Assembly (NCBI GenBank): GCA_900548115.1
Contig: URJL01000001.1
Location: 17,818-81,817 of the forward strand
From: an uncultured Eubacteriales bacterium
GTDB lineage: Bacteria > Bacillota > Clostridia > Oscillospirales > CAG-382
Direction: 5' to 3'
DNA length: 64,000 nucleotides
Every line of letters starts with the position of its first letter. Position 1 is the stretch's first letter. Under the pieces are notes generated by a model. The model saw nothing but the letters and a program-made list of their open reading frames with translations, ran no database searches and had not been told where the DNA came from. Shown here one piece after another: positions 8,401-18,014 of the stretch. Made by a program: the position numbers and the translations under genes.

Positions 8401-11400
8401 TTATTTTTCAAGCGACAGAACGGGGGTACGCAGCAGTCCCATCGGCTTTGTCTCATACTCATAATACCACTCGTCGCCGGTCGAACGGTAAGCCGTCGGA
8501 CCGTACCAGCTGAAATTCATATGATGATGGAAGTGAAGCTCGCCGAAGCAGTTGAAGCGCGTGCCGTAGAGCGTGATATCCAAACGATGCTTGCCGGCGC
8601 TTACGTTCGGGATCTTCATGGTGTAGGGGGAGAAGACAAGATTGCCGATCTCTTTTCCGTCGAGCGCGACCGAAAGAAGCGCGCCGCGGTAAACGGGAGC
8701 GTGCAGCGAAAGCGTTCCGTCCTCCTTCGTTTCGATATCGCAATGATAGGTGACGTTCGCACCGTAGAAGGGCAGCCCCTGAATGCGAAGATCGTCGAAG
8801 CAGAGCGTCTCGGGAAGCGCGGTCACAGTCTTTTCGCGTCCGATAACGCGAACGCCGAAGTTTCCGAGAAGATAGGCACATTCGACCGCGGTGCGCGAGC
8901 CGAGCGGGCAGATCACCTCGAGAATGTTCTCGCCCTTATGCAGTGCGGGAAGCGGAATGCGTCCGATATAGCGATCGGCAAAATAGCCGTTCGGAGCGCT
9001 CTTCACCGCTTGTCCGTTCAGCGTGATCTTGACCATATCGGGCTTTTCGATGGCAAGGTCGGCGGTGAAATCGATCTCCGACGGAATAACATAGCGCAGT
9101 TTTACGAAATGCTCGATCTTTCCTTCGGGCGTTAACCACGGCTGAACCATGTGTCCGCTCATCTGCGGCCACGAAAGCTTTTTGCGGCAGATCGTGTCGA
9201 TGCGGAGGATCTCCTCCTCACGCTCGGAAAGAGGTTCCTCGTCCAAGGCGTAGCGCGCCATATCAAGAACATACACATTGTCCTCGCTCAGCGAATAGCG
9301 GTTCTTCCACGGGAAGAAAACTTCGGACGAAGCGAGCGCTTTTTGCTCCTCGGCGGCAAGTCCCTCCGCGTCCTTCTGCGGCTCAAGCTTCAAAAGAAGA
9401 CTGTCCTGATCGTAAATAGTGCGGGTGATGACCGTGTTTCCGTTTTCGATGCGATACGGGAGCTTTTCGATCTTGCCCGTGAGCGTATCGTAAAGAGTGG
9501 GGGTATATACGCCGCGAATGGTGATAAAGCAGCGCTTGCCCGTCGGAATGTCGATGTTCTTGTACGGCTGACCCTGCGCGATGAACAGCCATTTCGTGCC
9601 GTTTTCCTCAACGCGCATCTGATGCATCATGCCGTCAACGCTCACACCGTCGTCGCGGATCATCGAAAGATTGCGCACGCCGTCGAGAGCCTTTAAGATC
9701 TCGATCTTGCTGAACGGAACGACCTCGCTCTGTTCATACAGCGCCTTTCCGCGTTCGGAGGGGATCGCGTCGCAAAGAGTGGGAGCTTTGCCCATGAAAA
9801 TGAGCTTGCCGCCCGCCTTGCGGAAGGCTTCCAGCCGTTCGAGCGTCGAAGAACGAAGCGTCTCGCAGGCGGGAACGACGATAACGTCGTATTTCATTTC
9901 GCCGACCGAAAGAGGGCACGAGCCTTCCTTGCAAAGATCGGGCAGGATCGATTCGCAGACAAAGTCAAAATCGATCATGCCGAACAGAAGCCAGCGAATG
10001 ACATTTTGAAAATTGCTTTCCATCTGCACGCGAATCGCTTCGGTCTTGTCGTTCGGTCCGTAATGCAGCCAGTAGCTTTCGATCGGATGGATCACGCCGA
10101 TGCGCACGTCCGCCTTACCGCGGGTGAGCGCCGTGTTGACGCGGGCAAAATGATCCTCAATGTACTTGTATTTTTCATACCATGCCGACTGGTAGCCGAT
10201 CGAGGCGGGATAGTCGCGCTTTGCCTCGCCCTCCATCGAATACCACGCCAGATGATGAACGCGGGTGGTAACGCCGAGCGCGGCTTGCCAGTCGCCCTGG
10301 CTCTTGTGTCCGCGAAAATCGTAATCCCAGTTGGTAACGCCGTACAATTCCGACGTCATGCCGCAGCGGCCGTACTGATGAACCGCCGACTGGCACTGCT
10401 TTGCCGTCGAATATTCGCGCTGATCGCACAGAATGTCGATACCCGGAAGTCCGAAGCCGCGATAGGAACGCATGGTCTCGCCGATGGCGCTGGTCTGCTG
10501 TTGAAGCGTTTCCTCAAGCAACAGGTGACCCGTGAGCATAATGCCGTGCTCGTCGCACCATTTGCCGCACTGATCGCCGAAAGCGCACGCAAAAAGTTCG
10601 GTGATGAGATCGTGCAGACGGTAGCGGTGGGACGACACTTTGCCGTCGGGAAGCTCCCAGAACATTTCGGGAAGATAATCGAGAATGTCCTCACCATAGG
10701 CTTCCTTGTAGCGCTCGGGAAGTTTTTCGGTCCACGGAAGCACAAGATCGCGCGTGTCGGTCGAAAAGGCGGCGAGCGTCTTGAATTTAAACTGCGGCTC
10801 GTCGGTAAAGATCGACGGGACGGTCTTGCCGAATTCGTCGCCGACCTTCTTTTCGTACGCCTCGTAGGTCACGCGGATAAACTCCTGCATGGCTTCGTTG
10901 TCGAGCGTATCGATATAGGTCTGACCGTTGAACCAGCTGTCGGGACCGCGGTCGATGAAACGGTAAGCGTACCAGCGGCGCGCGCCCTCTTTGACGAGCG
11001 CATCCTTTTCGACGCGGGGCGCGCTCTTGATAAAGCCGTCGGCGTCGAGCGTCAGATCGTAGCAGGCGAGAAGCTTCGTAAATTCATCCTCCTCGCGGGG
11101 CGTGACGGTAAGGAGAAGTCCCTTCGCGCGGTATTTTACCGTCTTGGTGACAATGCCGCCCGCCGCGCCCGAGGGCCAGCGGTCTTCATCGTAAAGATAG
11201 GAAAGCATGTGCTTTTCTTTGAATTTGTCGGTGCAGAAGCGCACACGATCCATATGCTCTTCTCCGAGATACGGAAGCGAAAGACCGGTGCGGACATGGA
11301 GATGGGCACCGCCGAGACCCATTTTTTCGAAAACGTCGATCTGCTCGGCAAGATACTCCTTGCGAAGATCGCCGTTCCACGCCCAAAAGGGCGCTCCGCG

Positions 11401-11472
11401 GTATTCGGCGGGGGGATTTTGAAAAACCTCGTCCGTAAGAGAGGCGGTCTTTTTATAAAGTGTCTGACTCAT
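8401..11472 (-). CDS. Large (1023 aa) cytoplasmic multi-domain glycoside hydrolase; family unresolved
   Basis: No signal peptide. The N-terminal block YRGAPFWAWNGDL...FEKMGLGGAHLHVRTGL recurs in large uncharacterised or rhamnosidase-like GH proteins (from memory). A long beta-sandwich-like C-terminus follows. A strong promoter lies upstream. Confidence 0.65.
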   Translation of the reverse strand: MSQTLYKKTASLTDEVFQNPPAEYRGAPFWAWNGDLRKEYLAEQIDVFEKMGLGGAHLHVRTGLSLPYLGEEHMDRVRFCTDKFKEKHMLSYLYDEDRWPSGAAGGIVTKTVKYRAKGLLLTVTPREEDEFTKLLACYDLTLDADGFIKSAPRVEKDALVKEGARRWYAYRFIDRGPDSWFNGQTYIDTLDNEAMQEFIRVTYEAYEKKVGDEFGKTVPSIFTDEPQFKFKTLAAFSTDTRDLVLPWTEKLPERYKEAYGEDILDYLPEMFWELPDGKVSSHRYRLHDLITELFACAFGDQCGKWCDEHGIMLTGHLLLEETLQQQTSAIGETMRSYRGFGLPGIDILCDQREYSTAKQCQSAVHQYGRCGMTSELYGVTNWDYDFRGHKSQGDWQAALGVTTRVHHLAWYSMEGEAKRDYPASIGYQSAWYEKYKYIEDHFARVNTALTRGKADVRIGVIHPIESYWLHYGPNDKTEAIRVQMESNFQNVIRWLLFGMIDFDFVCESILPDLCKEGSCPLSVGEMKYDVIVVPACETLRSSTLERLEAFRKAGGKLIFMGKAPTLCDAIPSERGKALYEQSEVVPFSKIEILKALDGVRNLSMIRDDGVSVDGMMHQMRVEENGTKWLFIAQGQPYKNIDIPTGKRCFITIRGVYTPTLYDTLTGKIEKLPYRIENGNTVITRTIYDQDSLLLKLEPQKDAEGLAAEEQKALASSEVFFPWKNRYSLSEDNVYVLDMARYALDEEPLSEREEEILRIDTICRKKLSWPQMSGHMVQPWLTPEGKIEHFVKLRYVIPSEIDFTADLAIEKPDMVKITLNGQAVKSAPNGYFADRYIGRIPLPALHKGENILEVICPLGSRTAVECAYLLGNFGVRVIGREKTVTALPETLCFDDLRIQGLPFYGANVTYHCDIETKEDGTLSLHAPVYRGALLSVALDGKEIGNLVFSPYTMKIPNVSAGKHRLDITLYGTRFNCFGELHFHHHMNFSWYGPTAYRSTGDEWYYEYETKPMGLLRTPVLSLEK

Positions 11473-11510
11473 AAAGTTTCCTTTCCGCTTGTGGAAGTTA
11501 ATGTATCCTC

Positions 11511-11538
11511 ATTATAACAAAAACCGCGAAAAAGTCAA
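11511..11538 (-). promoter_or_regulatory. Sigma-70-type promoter for the 1023-aa GH gene (-35 TTGACT, 16 nt spacer, -10 TATAAT)
   Basis: The reverse complement reads CTTGACTTTTTCGCGGTTTTTGTTATAATGAGG, about 35 nt upstream of the ATG at 11472. Confidence 0.6.
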
Positions 11539-11608
11539 GAAGTAAAAAAGACTTTCGCGAAAATCGTCCCGGAGCAAAAAGAGTGCCGTCCGTGTGCGGT
11601 TTCGTTTT

Positions 11609-12577
11609 TTAAAGAAAGCGCGGCTCGGACTTTATCGTAAGGACTTTTCCGGTAAGGGGGTGCGTAAACGAAAGCCTTCCGCAATGAAGATACAGCGTCT
11701 CTCCCGCTACCTCCGTGCCGTACAGATAATCGTACAAAAGCGGACAGCCGATATACGCCATATGCACGCGGATCTGGTGCGTTCTTCCCGTGAGCGGTCT
11801 TACCTCGGCAACACACGTTCCGTCGTGGTTTTCGCGCAGGATCGAATAAGCGGTCACGGCTTCTTTTCCGTCGGGGCGAACCTCTCGTTTAATAATACTC
11901 TCCCCGCTCCGCCCGATCGGCGCGTCAATCACCCCTTCTTTCTGAGGCGGCGTTTTCGAAAGGAGGGCAAAATAGGTCTTTTGAATGCTTCCCTTCTGCA
12001 TTTGCTCCGACAAGATCTGCGCGGAAAGGCGGTTGCGGGCAATGAGAACGATGCCCGTCGTATCGATATCGAGCCTCGTGATGGGGCGAAAAACGAACGG
12101 CTCATCGCGATAGCGGTACAATACGGCGTTTCCGAGCGTTCCCGTGTAATGATACAGCGACGGGTGGACCGGCATGTTTTTCGGCTTTGAGACCGCTAAG
12201 ATGTCCTCGTCCTCATATAGGACCGCAAGCGGGATATTCTCGGGAACGATTTTTTCGGAGGGGGCGTCCTCAAAAAGTCGGATCGCCACAACGTCGCCCG
12301 CCGAAACAGCTTCCCGCACCGTGACGGGAACGCCGTTTTTTAAAATTCCGCCTTTTCGCTTCAGTTCCGCGAGAAGTCGGGAGGAAATCGAAAGCCGCCC
12401 TTCGATCGTTTGTCCGACGGTTTTTCCGTCCTCGCCCGGGAAAACGGATAGGGTTACGGTACGCAAAGAATACTCCTTTCCGAACTCTTTTAAATTGTAT
12501 CCCTCTTTTTTGCTTTTGTATCGCTTCAAAGCATGACTTCGGCTACAAAAGCCCTCACCTGCCGCGTATAAACGCAT
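11609..12577 (-). CDS. RluA-family 23S rRNA pseudouridine synthase (S4-like N-terminus plus catalytic domain)
   Basis: Catalytic motif RLDIDTTGIVLIA (RLD..TSG-type) and the block TGRTHQIRVHMAYIG. The proposed ATG at 12577 overlaps the stop of the upstream GH gene (TAATG). The tracked ORF start at 12802 is inside that gene. Confidence 0.85.
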   Translation of the reverse strand: MRLYAAGEGFCSRSHALKRYKSKKEGYNLKEFGKEYSLRTVTLSVFPGEDGKTVGQTIEGRLSISSRLLAELKRKGGILKNGVPVTVREAVSAGDVVAIRLFEDAPSEKIVPENIPLAVLYEDEDILAVSKPKNMPVHPSLYHYTGTLGNAVLYRYRDEPFVFRPITRLDIDTTGIVLIARNRLSAQILSEQMQKGSIQKTYFALLSKTPPQKEGVIDAPIGRSGESIIKREVRPDGKEAVTAYSILRENHDGTCVAEVRPLTGRTHQIRVHMAYIGCPLLYDYLYGTEVAGETLYLHCGRLSFTHPLTGKVLTIKSEPRFL

Positions 12578-13992
12578 TACTCGGCATAGAACTCTCCCAT
12601 GGTAAGCAGCAAGGGATAATCGGTGACCGGCAAGTTTTCGATTTGCCACATGCCGCCGCCGAGATCGGTTATATCGGCGGCAGGCAGCGCATAAATGCTT
12701 CCGTCCGTCATATCGATCAGCGAAAAACGGCGATACGGCGTATATACTCTTACGGTCGTAAAGCCCTCGAATGAGGTTGTCATCAAATCCGACGGCAGCC
12801 AATATACAAAAGCTTCTCCCGATTTTTTACGGAAAGAGGCGGTGATCAGCCGATTGCGTTCTACTTCTCTCGTATCGGTCAAGGGCGAAACCTCCTTCGG
12901 AAAAAACATAACGGGGATCGCAGCTTTTTCCCATTCGTCGGCGAAAACCGAACAAACCGTCTGCAAGGCAACATATGACTTTTTATATTGATATTCCCCG
13001 ACCGCTTCTCCGTTTTCATCAAAGCGCATGCCCAAAACGCCGAAATATCCGAAATCCCGATAGGTGGTCTTGTCTCCTCTTATGCCGCCCATTGCCTCCG
13101 CCATATCCACACAGGAAAAATACGAGGTGAAGAACACGTCCGAAATCAGATCCGCCATGGTATGCCGCGCCAGCTGCTTGGCTTGTTTTTCCTCGGTCCA
13201 TGCCAGGGTATGCAAGGCGCCGCGGCCGCCCATGCGCGATTGCGAACCCGATTCGCCCTGAATTATCTCCAGCTTCGGATTATATTGCCGTGCCAGCGCA
13301 CGATAATTTTCCACCGTTTCCAAAACCTTCGTTTCGTCCGGCGTGTACTCGTGATAAGAAATATAATCGATTTCTTTTCCCATACCCGTGCGCAGCGCAT
13401 CATTCAAATATTCCGGGTTCCGCAGACACACCGAGCCGCCGATCACTTTTGCGTCCGGGTACGCCGCATGAATATATCGAGCCGTATCGCGTGTGAAAAC
13501 GCCCAATTCTTCGGCATTCGGTCCATGCCTCCAGCACCACTGTCCGTCCGGTTCGTTCCACACCTCATAATAGACGACCCGCCCTTTGAAATGAAGCGCC
13601 GCCGCCGTTACATATTGCCTCCACGCCTCTTTTTCCTCCAAGGTAAAAATCGGCGGGCATCCGACGCTGCCGAATACTTTTTTTGCCGATTCGGTGTACA
13701 GAGGATTTCCGTAGCAAAGGCATATCCACGGCGTGATCTTATACGACAAAAAACGGTCAACCACGCGATCCAGCCACTCGAAATCATATACGCCGCGCAC
13801 TCTTTCGGTTTTTTCCCAGCCCGATTGAATACGCGCCCATTTCACACCCGTTTCGTTTACTTTTTCATATACCCGTTCGGGGTCAAATGCGTCTCGATCC
13901 AGCTTTTCAAAACCCAAACCGATACGGGACGACTTGATTTCGGAAGAACGTTTCGGTTTTACCCGACCGATTTTGCAAATTCCTTCCTTCAT
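12577..13992 (-). CDS. Clan GH-A glycoside hydrolase (GH39/GH5-like TIM barrel)
   Basis: The block YYEVWNEPD (acid/base Glu in NEP) and a later EIIQGESG (candidate nucleophile Glu) fit clan-A (beta/alpha)8 hydrolases. The start at 13992 (MKEG...) is preceded by AAGGAGAGGGAG. Confidence 0.7.
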   Translation of the reverse strand: MKEGICKIGRVKPKRSSEIKSSRIGLGFEKLDRDAFDPERVYEKVNETGVKWARIQSGWEKTERVRGVYDFEWLDRVVDRFLSYKITPWICLCYGNPLYTESAKKVFGSVGCPPIFTLEEKEAWRQYVTAAALHFKGRVVYYEVWNEPDGQWCWRHGPNAEELGVFTRDTARYIHAAYPDAKVIGGSVCLRNPEYLNDALRTGMGKEIDYISYHEYTPDETKVLETVENYRALARQYNPKLEIIQGESGSQSRMGGRGALHTLAWTEEKQAKQLARHTMADLISDVFFTSYFSCVDMAEAMGGIRGDKTTYRDFGYFGVLGMRFDENGEAVGEYQYKKSYVALQTVCSVFADEWEKAAIPVMFFPKEVSPLTDTREVERNRLITASFRKKSGEAFVYWLPSDLMTTSFEGFTTVRVYTPYRRFSLIDMTDGSIYALPAADITDLGGGMWQIENLPVTDYPLLLTMGEFYAE

Positions 13993-14024
13993 GGCTCCCT
14001 CTCCTTTGCGCCTCTTTTTTTGGA

Positions 14025-14053
14025 ATAATATCATATTGCTTTCGCTTTGTCAA
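14025..14053 (-). promoter_or_regulatory. Sigma-70-type promoter for the GH39/GH5-like gene (-35 TTGACA, 17 nt spacer, -10 TATTAT)
   Basis: The reverse complement reads TTCTTGACAAAGCGAAAGCAATATGATATTATTCC. Confidence 0.6.
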
Positions 14054-14186
14054 GAATTCCGACAAAAAACAAATCCGTTTGTGACGAAAATGCCGCTTTT
14101 CTGCACCGCTTTGCCGTTTGATTTTCTTTCTCTGCACGGAAAAAGCTGAAAGGCTTCGCATTTTTTCTCTCTTTTTGCGGTTTTTC

Positions 14187-14215
14187 TTGACTCTTTTTGA
14201 AAAATATGCTATTAT
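14187..14215 (+). promoter_or_regulatory. Sigma-70-type promoter for the acyltransferase gene (-35 TTGACT, 17 nt spacer, -10 TATTAT)
   Basis: CTTGACTCTTTTTGAAAAATATGCTATTATTTT. Confidence 0.55.
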
Positions 14216-14326
14216 TTTTCCGTAAGAAGGTTCGGAATCCTTGTGTCGGTCATTTTTGGATTTTTGTCAAACCGCGCCCGCTCCGCTCCTTCCTGTTCAA
14301 AAAAACGCCTCGAGAAAGGTTACGTT

Positions 14327-15388
14327 ATGATTGCAAAGTCTCGCAACAGTGCGATCGAGCTTTTGCGCATTCTTTCCATGCTGCTCATCGTCGGATGTCA
14401 TTTTGCCACTTTCGGCGGGTTTTCGTTTGACCCGCATGACCTTTCGCCCGCCCGCTTTCTCTACGGTTTTTGGGAGCTGGGCGGCAATCTCGGAACCGAT
14501 ATTTTTGTCTTGATATCGGGCTATTATCTGATCGAGAACGATTCGTTTTCGATACGGCGCGAAAAAGCCTTTCGCCTTTGGGCGCAGATCTTTTTCTGGT
14601 CACTCCTGTTGTTTGCCGTCTCGTTTCTTTGGGGCGCGGGCGACCTTTCGGGAAAGAACATTTTGCGGACGCTTTTCCCCGTAACCTTTTCGCGGTGGTG
14701 GTTCGCAAGCACCTATTTTGTTCTGTATCTTCTGCACCCGTTTCTCAACCGTTTTCTGCGTGCGCTCTCCGAAAAGGATTACCGCCGCTTTCTTTCGGTC
14801 GTTTTGGTCATGTTCTGCGTCATTCCCACTCTTACGGGGTCTTCCTTCGGTGGAAACGAGCTTACCGAGTTTATCGTTCTGTACGCGCTTGCGGGCTATA
14901 TTAAGCTTCATTATCCCGTTCGGAAACGCAAAAGCGGAACCTATTTTGCTGTCTTCGGGCTGTTTGCGGCACTGACTTATCTTTCCTACATCATTCTGAT
15001 CCTTTTCGGAACAAAGCTCCCGACGCTTTCGCGCCTTTCTTTGTGGTTTTACGAGCGCGATTCGCTTTTGACTCTCGGAAGTGCGCTTTCTTTGTTTTTT
15101 GCCTTTACGTCGCAAAGACCTTTCGAAAACCGCGCCGTCAATACGGTCGCCTCGGCGTGCTTCGGCGTTTATCTTTTGCATGAGCATCCCGCCGTGCGGA
15201 CGCTTTTGTGGGGAAAGCTCTTCTGCGGCGCAAAATTTGCCGATTCGCCGCTTCTTCCCCTTGTTTGGCTCGGTGCGGTTGCGGCGGTATATGCCGTCTT
15301 CACGGGGCTTGACCTTTTGCGCAAAGAATGCTTGGAAAAACCGATTTTCAAAGCTTTGGAAAAGACGCAAATTTGGAATAAAAAGTGA
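14327..15388 (+). CDS. Acyltransferase family 3 integral membrane O-acyltransferase
   Basis: N-terminus RNSAIELLRILSMLLIVGCHF (the AT3 R...ELLR...H signature) and about 10 predicted TM segments. ATG at 14327. Confidence 0.8.
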   Translation: MIAKSRNSAIELLRILSMLLIVGCHFATFGGFSFDPHDLSPARFLYGFWELGGNLGTDIFVLISGYYLIENDSFSIRREKAFRLWAQIFFWSLLLFAVSFLWGAGDLSGKNILRTLFPVTFSRWWFASTYFVLYLLHPFLNRFLRALSEKDYRRFLSVVLVMFCVIPTLTGSSFGGNELTEFIVLYALAGYIKLHYPVRKRKSGTYFAVFGLFAALTYLSYIILILFGTKLPTLSRLSLWFYERDSLLTLGSALSLFFAFTSQRPFENRAVNTVASACFGVYLLHEHPAVRTLLWGKLFCGAKFADSPLLPLVWLGAVAAVYAVFTGLDLLRKECLEKPIFKALEKTQIWNKK

Positions 15389-15494
15389 AAAAATACGCAA
15401 AAAAACGTAAAAAATCAAAAACAGGGCGCAAAGACGCAAAAAAAGCGTTATAATTGAATAAGAACAAAACGGCAATATCAAGGAGGTTTTCATT

Positions 15495-16487
15495 ATGTAC
15501 ACAGCCGACTCTTCCCGTTATGCATCCATGAAATACAACCGCTGCGGAAACAGCGGACTTCTTCTTCCCGCCGTATCGCTGGGGCTTTGGCACAATTTCG
15601 GCACGAACGGAAATTTTGACGTTATGCAGGATATGTGCCGCACCGCGTTCGATCACGGCATTACGCATTTTGACCTTGCCAACAACTACGGACCCGTTCC
15701 GGGCGCCGCCGAAGAAAACTTCGGAAGAATTTTGAAAAAAGGCTTGGGCGCTTACCGCGACGAGCTGGTCATCTCCACCAAAGCGGGCTTTGATATGTGG
15801 GAGGGTCCTTACGGCAACTGGGGCAGCAAGAAATATCTTGTGGCAAGTCTCGACCAAAGTCTTTCGCGCATGGGTCTTGAATACGTCGACATTTTTTATC
15901 ATCACCGTCCCGACCCCGAAACGCCGCTCGAAGAGACCGTTCGCGCGCTCGACGGCATTGTGAAAGCGGGAAAAGCGCTTTATGTCGGCATTTCGAATTA
16001 CAACAAAGAGCAGACGATCGCAGCCGCCAAAATGTTCTCCGAATTGGGAACGCCCTTTATCATCAACCAGCGCCGCTATTCGATGCTGTCCCGCGATATC
16101 GAGCACGAGGGGCTGAAAGACTACGCCGCGAAAAACGGCATCGGTATCATCACCTATTGCCCGCTCGCACAGGGACTTTTGACCGATCGCTATCTTAAGG
16201 GAATCCCCGAGGACAGCCGCATCCGCACCGACGGACGCTTCTTAAAAGAAAACATGGTCGACGAAGAGACCCTTTCGAAGGTTCGCGCTCTGAATGAGAT
16301 CGCAAAGGACAGGGGACAGACCCTTGCGCAGATGGCGCTTTCGTGGATTTTACGCGACGGCGACATTACGAGCGTTCTGATCGGCGCTTCGAAGGTCTCG
16401 CAGATTCTCGACAACCTCGGAACGGTAAACGCTCCCGCCTTTTCCGCCGAGGAACGTGAAAAGATCGACGCGATCGTGGGAAAGTAA
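15495..16487 (+). CDS. Aldo/keto reductase, YghZ/Gpr-like (L-glyceraldehyde-3-phosphate reductase type)
   Basis: 330 aa. GLLLPAVSLGLWHNFG, THFDLANNYG and the IVGK C-terminus match the AKR14/YghZ-like pattern. Strong AAGGAGG RBS. Confidence 0.85.
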   Translation: MYTADSSRYASMKYNRCGNSGLLLPAVSLGLWHNFGTNGNFDVMQDMCRTAFDHGITHFDLANNYGPVPGAAEENFGRILKKGLGAYRDELVISTKAGFDMWEGPYGNWGSKKYLVASLDQSLSRMGLEYVDIFYHHRPDPETPLEETVRALDGIVKAGKALYVGISNYNKEQTIAAAKMFSELGTPFIINQRRYSMLSRDIEHEGLKDYAAKNGIGIITYCPLAQGLLTDRYLKGIPEDSRIRTDGRFLKENMVDEETLSKVRALNEIAKDRGQTLAQMALSWILRDGDITSVLIGASKVSQILDNLGTVNAPAFSAEEREKIDAIVGK

Positions 16488-16514
16488 ATTTTTCGTTTCG
16501 CTTTGTTTTTAAAA

Positions 16515-16560
16515 AAAGTGCAGAACCGGGAAGGACTTCTCGGCTTTGCACTTTTTCTTT
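16515..16560 (+). terminator. Rho-independent terminator after the AKR gene
   Basis: Imperfect long stem AAGTGCAGA...CTTTGCACTT followed by TTTTTCTTT. Confidence 0.55.
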
Positions 16561-16662
16561 CCCGCCGCGGATGTCCTGTTGACAAAGCGGGAAAATAACG
16601 ATATAATATTATCGGATATTTGTCGAAGAACAACTTCTGAAACCGAAACGGAGGCGAAAAAG

Positions 16663-17949
16663 GTGAAACACAAAAGAATGATCGAAAAAGCAGCCGCCTG
16701 TCTTTTATCCCTCTGCCTTGCCGCGGCGCTTTTTCTGCCGACCTTTTCCGCCGAAAACTACAACGACGAGTGGGTCGCCGATTACGAAAACATGAAAAAG
16801 CACGTAACGCCGATCTATACCGTCCCCACACTTTTCAAAAACGACACCGCCTACTCGAACAACCGCCGCTTTCCGTTGGTGGTGCAGGGCGGGATCGATT
16901 ATATCCCGATCGAAATGTTTTCGGGGATGGCAAACATATCGGTCAACGCGGGGTATTCGGTAACAAACTTTTACATCACCAATTCCAAAGCCAAGACCTA
17001 TATTTCCTTTGACGCGGAAAACGATCTTGTGACGACGCAGGAGCTTACGCCGTATAAGCTGGTCACCAAGCTTTTTTACGACACGCGCTATGTTCCGGCA
17101 AAAGAAGTCGCCGACGTTTTAAAACTCACGGTCGAGGTATATAACGACCCCGAAAACGGCGTGTATGCGCTCCGTCTTTCCGACGGAAAGCAAAAGCTGT
17201 CCTTCGCCGAGGTCATCAAGAATTACAGCCCGATCAAAAAAAGCGACACAGCGGAAACACCGCCCGAAAAAACGCCCGATACGGACAACACCCCCGCGGT
17301 GACGCCCGATAAAACGCCCGACGCCGAAAAAACACCCGATAAAACCAATGAGCCGCCCGATATCGGGCGGCGCACGGTTTATCTTTCGTTTGATGTGACA
17401 AGCTATCCTTACATCGGAACGATCCTGCAAACGCTTGAAAAAGAAAACCTTACGGCAGCCTTTTTTGTGTCCCCCGCCGACATTCCGGAGCAATCCGATG
17501 CGATCCGTATGATTCTTTCGTACGATCAGCCGCTCGGGATTCTGCTCGGAAGGACCGACCCTGCGGGCGATTATGCCGCAGGCGTCGAAAATCTTTCGCT
17601 CGTCGCAAAATGCACGACGCATCTCGTGCGCTTTACGGGCGGAAGCCGAAGCACGACTCTCTCCGACGAACAGTATAAAGCGCTGATCGAAGAAAACGGG
17701 CTTCGCGTCTGGGATTACAATGTCTCGGCGACCGATTCGGCGGTCATGTACGACACCGTTTATTCTTCTCTCTATTCGCTCGCGGGCACCTACGGCACCG
17801 AGCTTGCTATCCTCCGTCTTTATCCCGGGCGCTATACGCCGCAGACTCTTTCCCGCCTTTCGACGCTGTTCGGACAGAAAAAGCAGCTCACCCCCGCCGC
17901 CCTCACGGAGTCGGCAGCCCCTGTTTATTATCGGAAAATAAAAGATTGA
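16663..17949 (+). CDS. Secreted protein: signal peptide, copper-amine-oxidase-N-like stalk domain, T/P-rich linker, degenerate NodB (polysaccharide deacetylase-like) domain
   Basis: A GTG at 16663 lies 8 nt after GGAGG (alternative ATG at 16678). Signal-like AACLLSLCLAAALFLPTFSA. The NodB-like block RRTVYLSFDVTS...AAFFV has FDV in place of the canonical TFDD. Confidence 0.6.
   Translation: MKHKRMIEKAAACLLSLCLAAALFLPTFSAENYNDEWVADYENMKKHVTPIYTVPTLFKNDTAYSNNRRFPLVVQGGIDYIPIEMFSGMANISVNAGYSVTNFYITNSKAKTYISFDAENDLVTTQELTPYKLVTKLFYDTRYVPAKEVADVLKLTVEVYNDPENGVYALRLSDGKQKLSFAEVIKNYSPIKKSDTAETPPEKTPDTDNTPAVTPDKTPDAEKTPDKTNEPPDIGRRTVYLSFDVTSYPYIGTILQTLEKENLTAAFFVSPADIPEQSDAIRMILSYDQPLGILLGRTDPAGDYAAGVENLSLVAKCTTHLVRFTGGSRSTTLSDEQYKALIEENGLRVWDYNVSATDSAVMYDTVYSSLYSLAGTYGTELAILRLYPGRYTPQTLSRLSTLFGQKKQLTPAALTESAAPVYYRKIKD
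17245..17362 (+). repeat. Imperfect tandem K/E-T-P-D coding repeats (T/P-rich linker)
   Basis: The protein reads TAETPPEKTPDTDNTPAVTPDKTPDAEKTPDKTNEPPD. The DNA shows a reiterated AAAACGCCCGA(T/C)-like unit. Confidence 0.7.
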
Positions 17950-18014
17950 TATCCCGCTTTGCGCAAACACCGCAAGACAATGCACAGCCGCAAAGCCGCA
18001 AAGGAGAAGAACCT

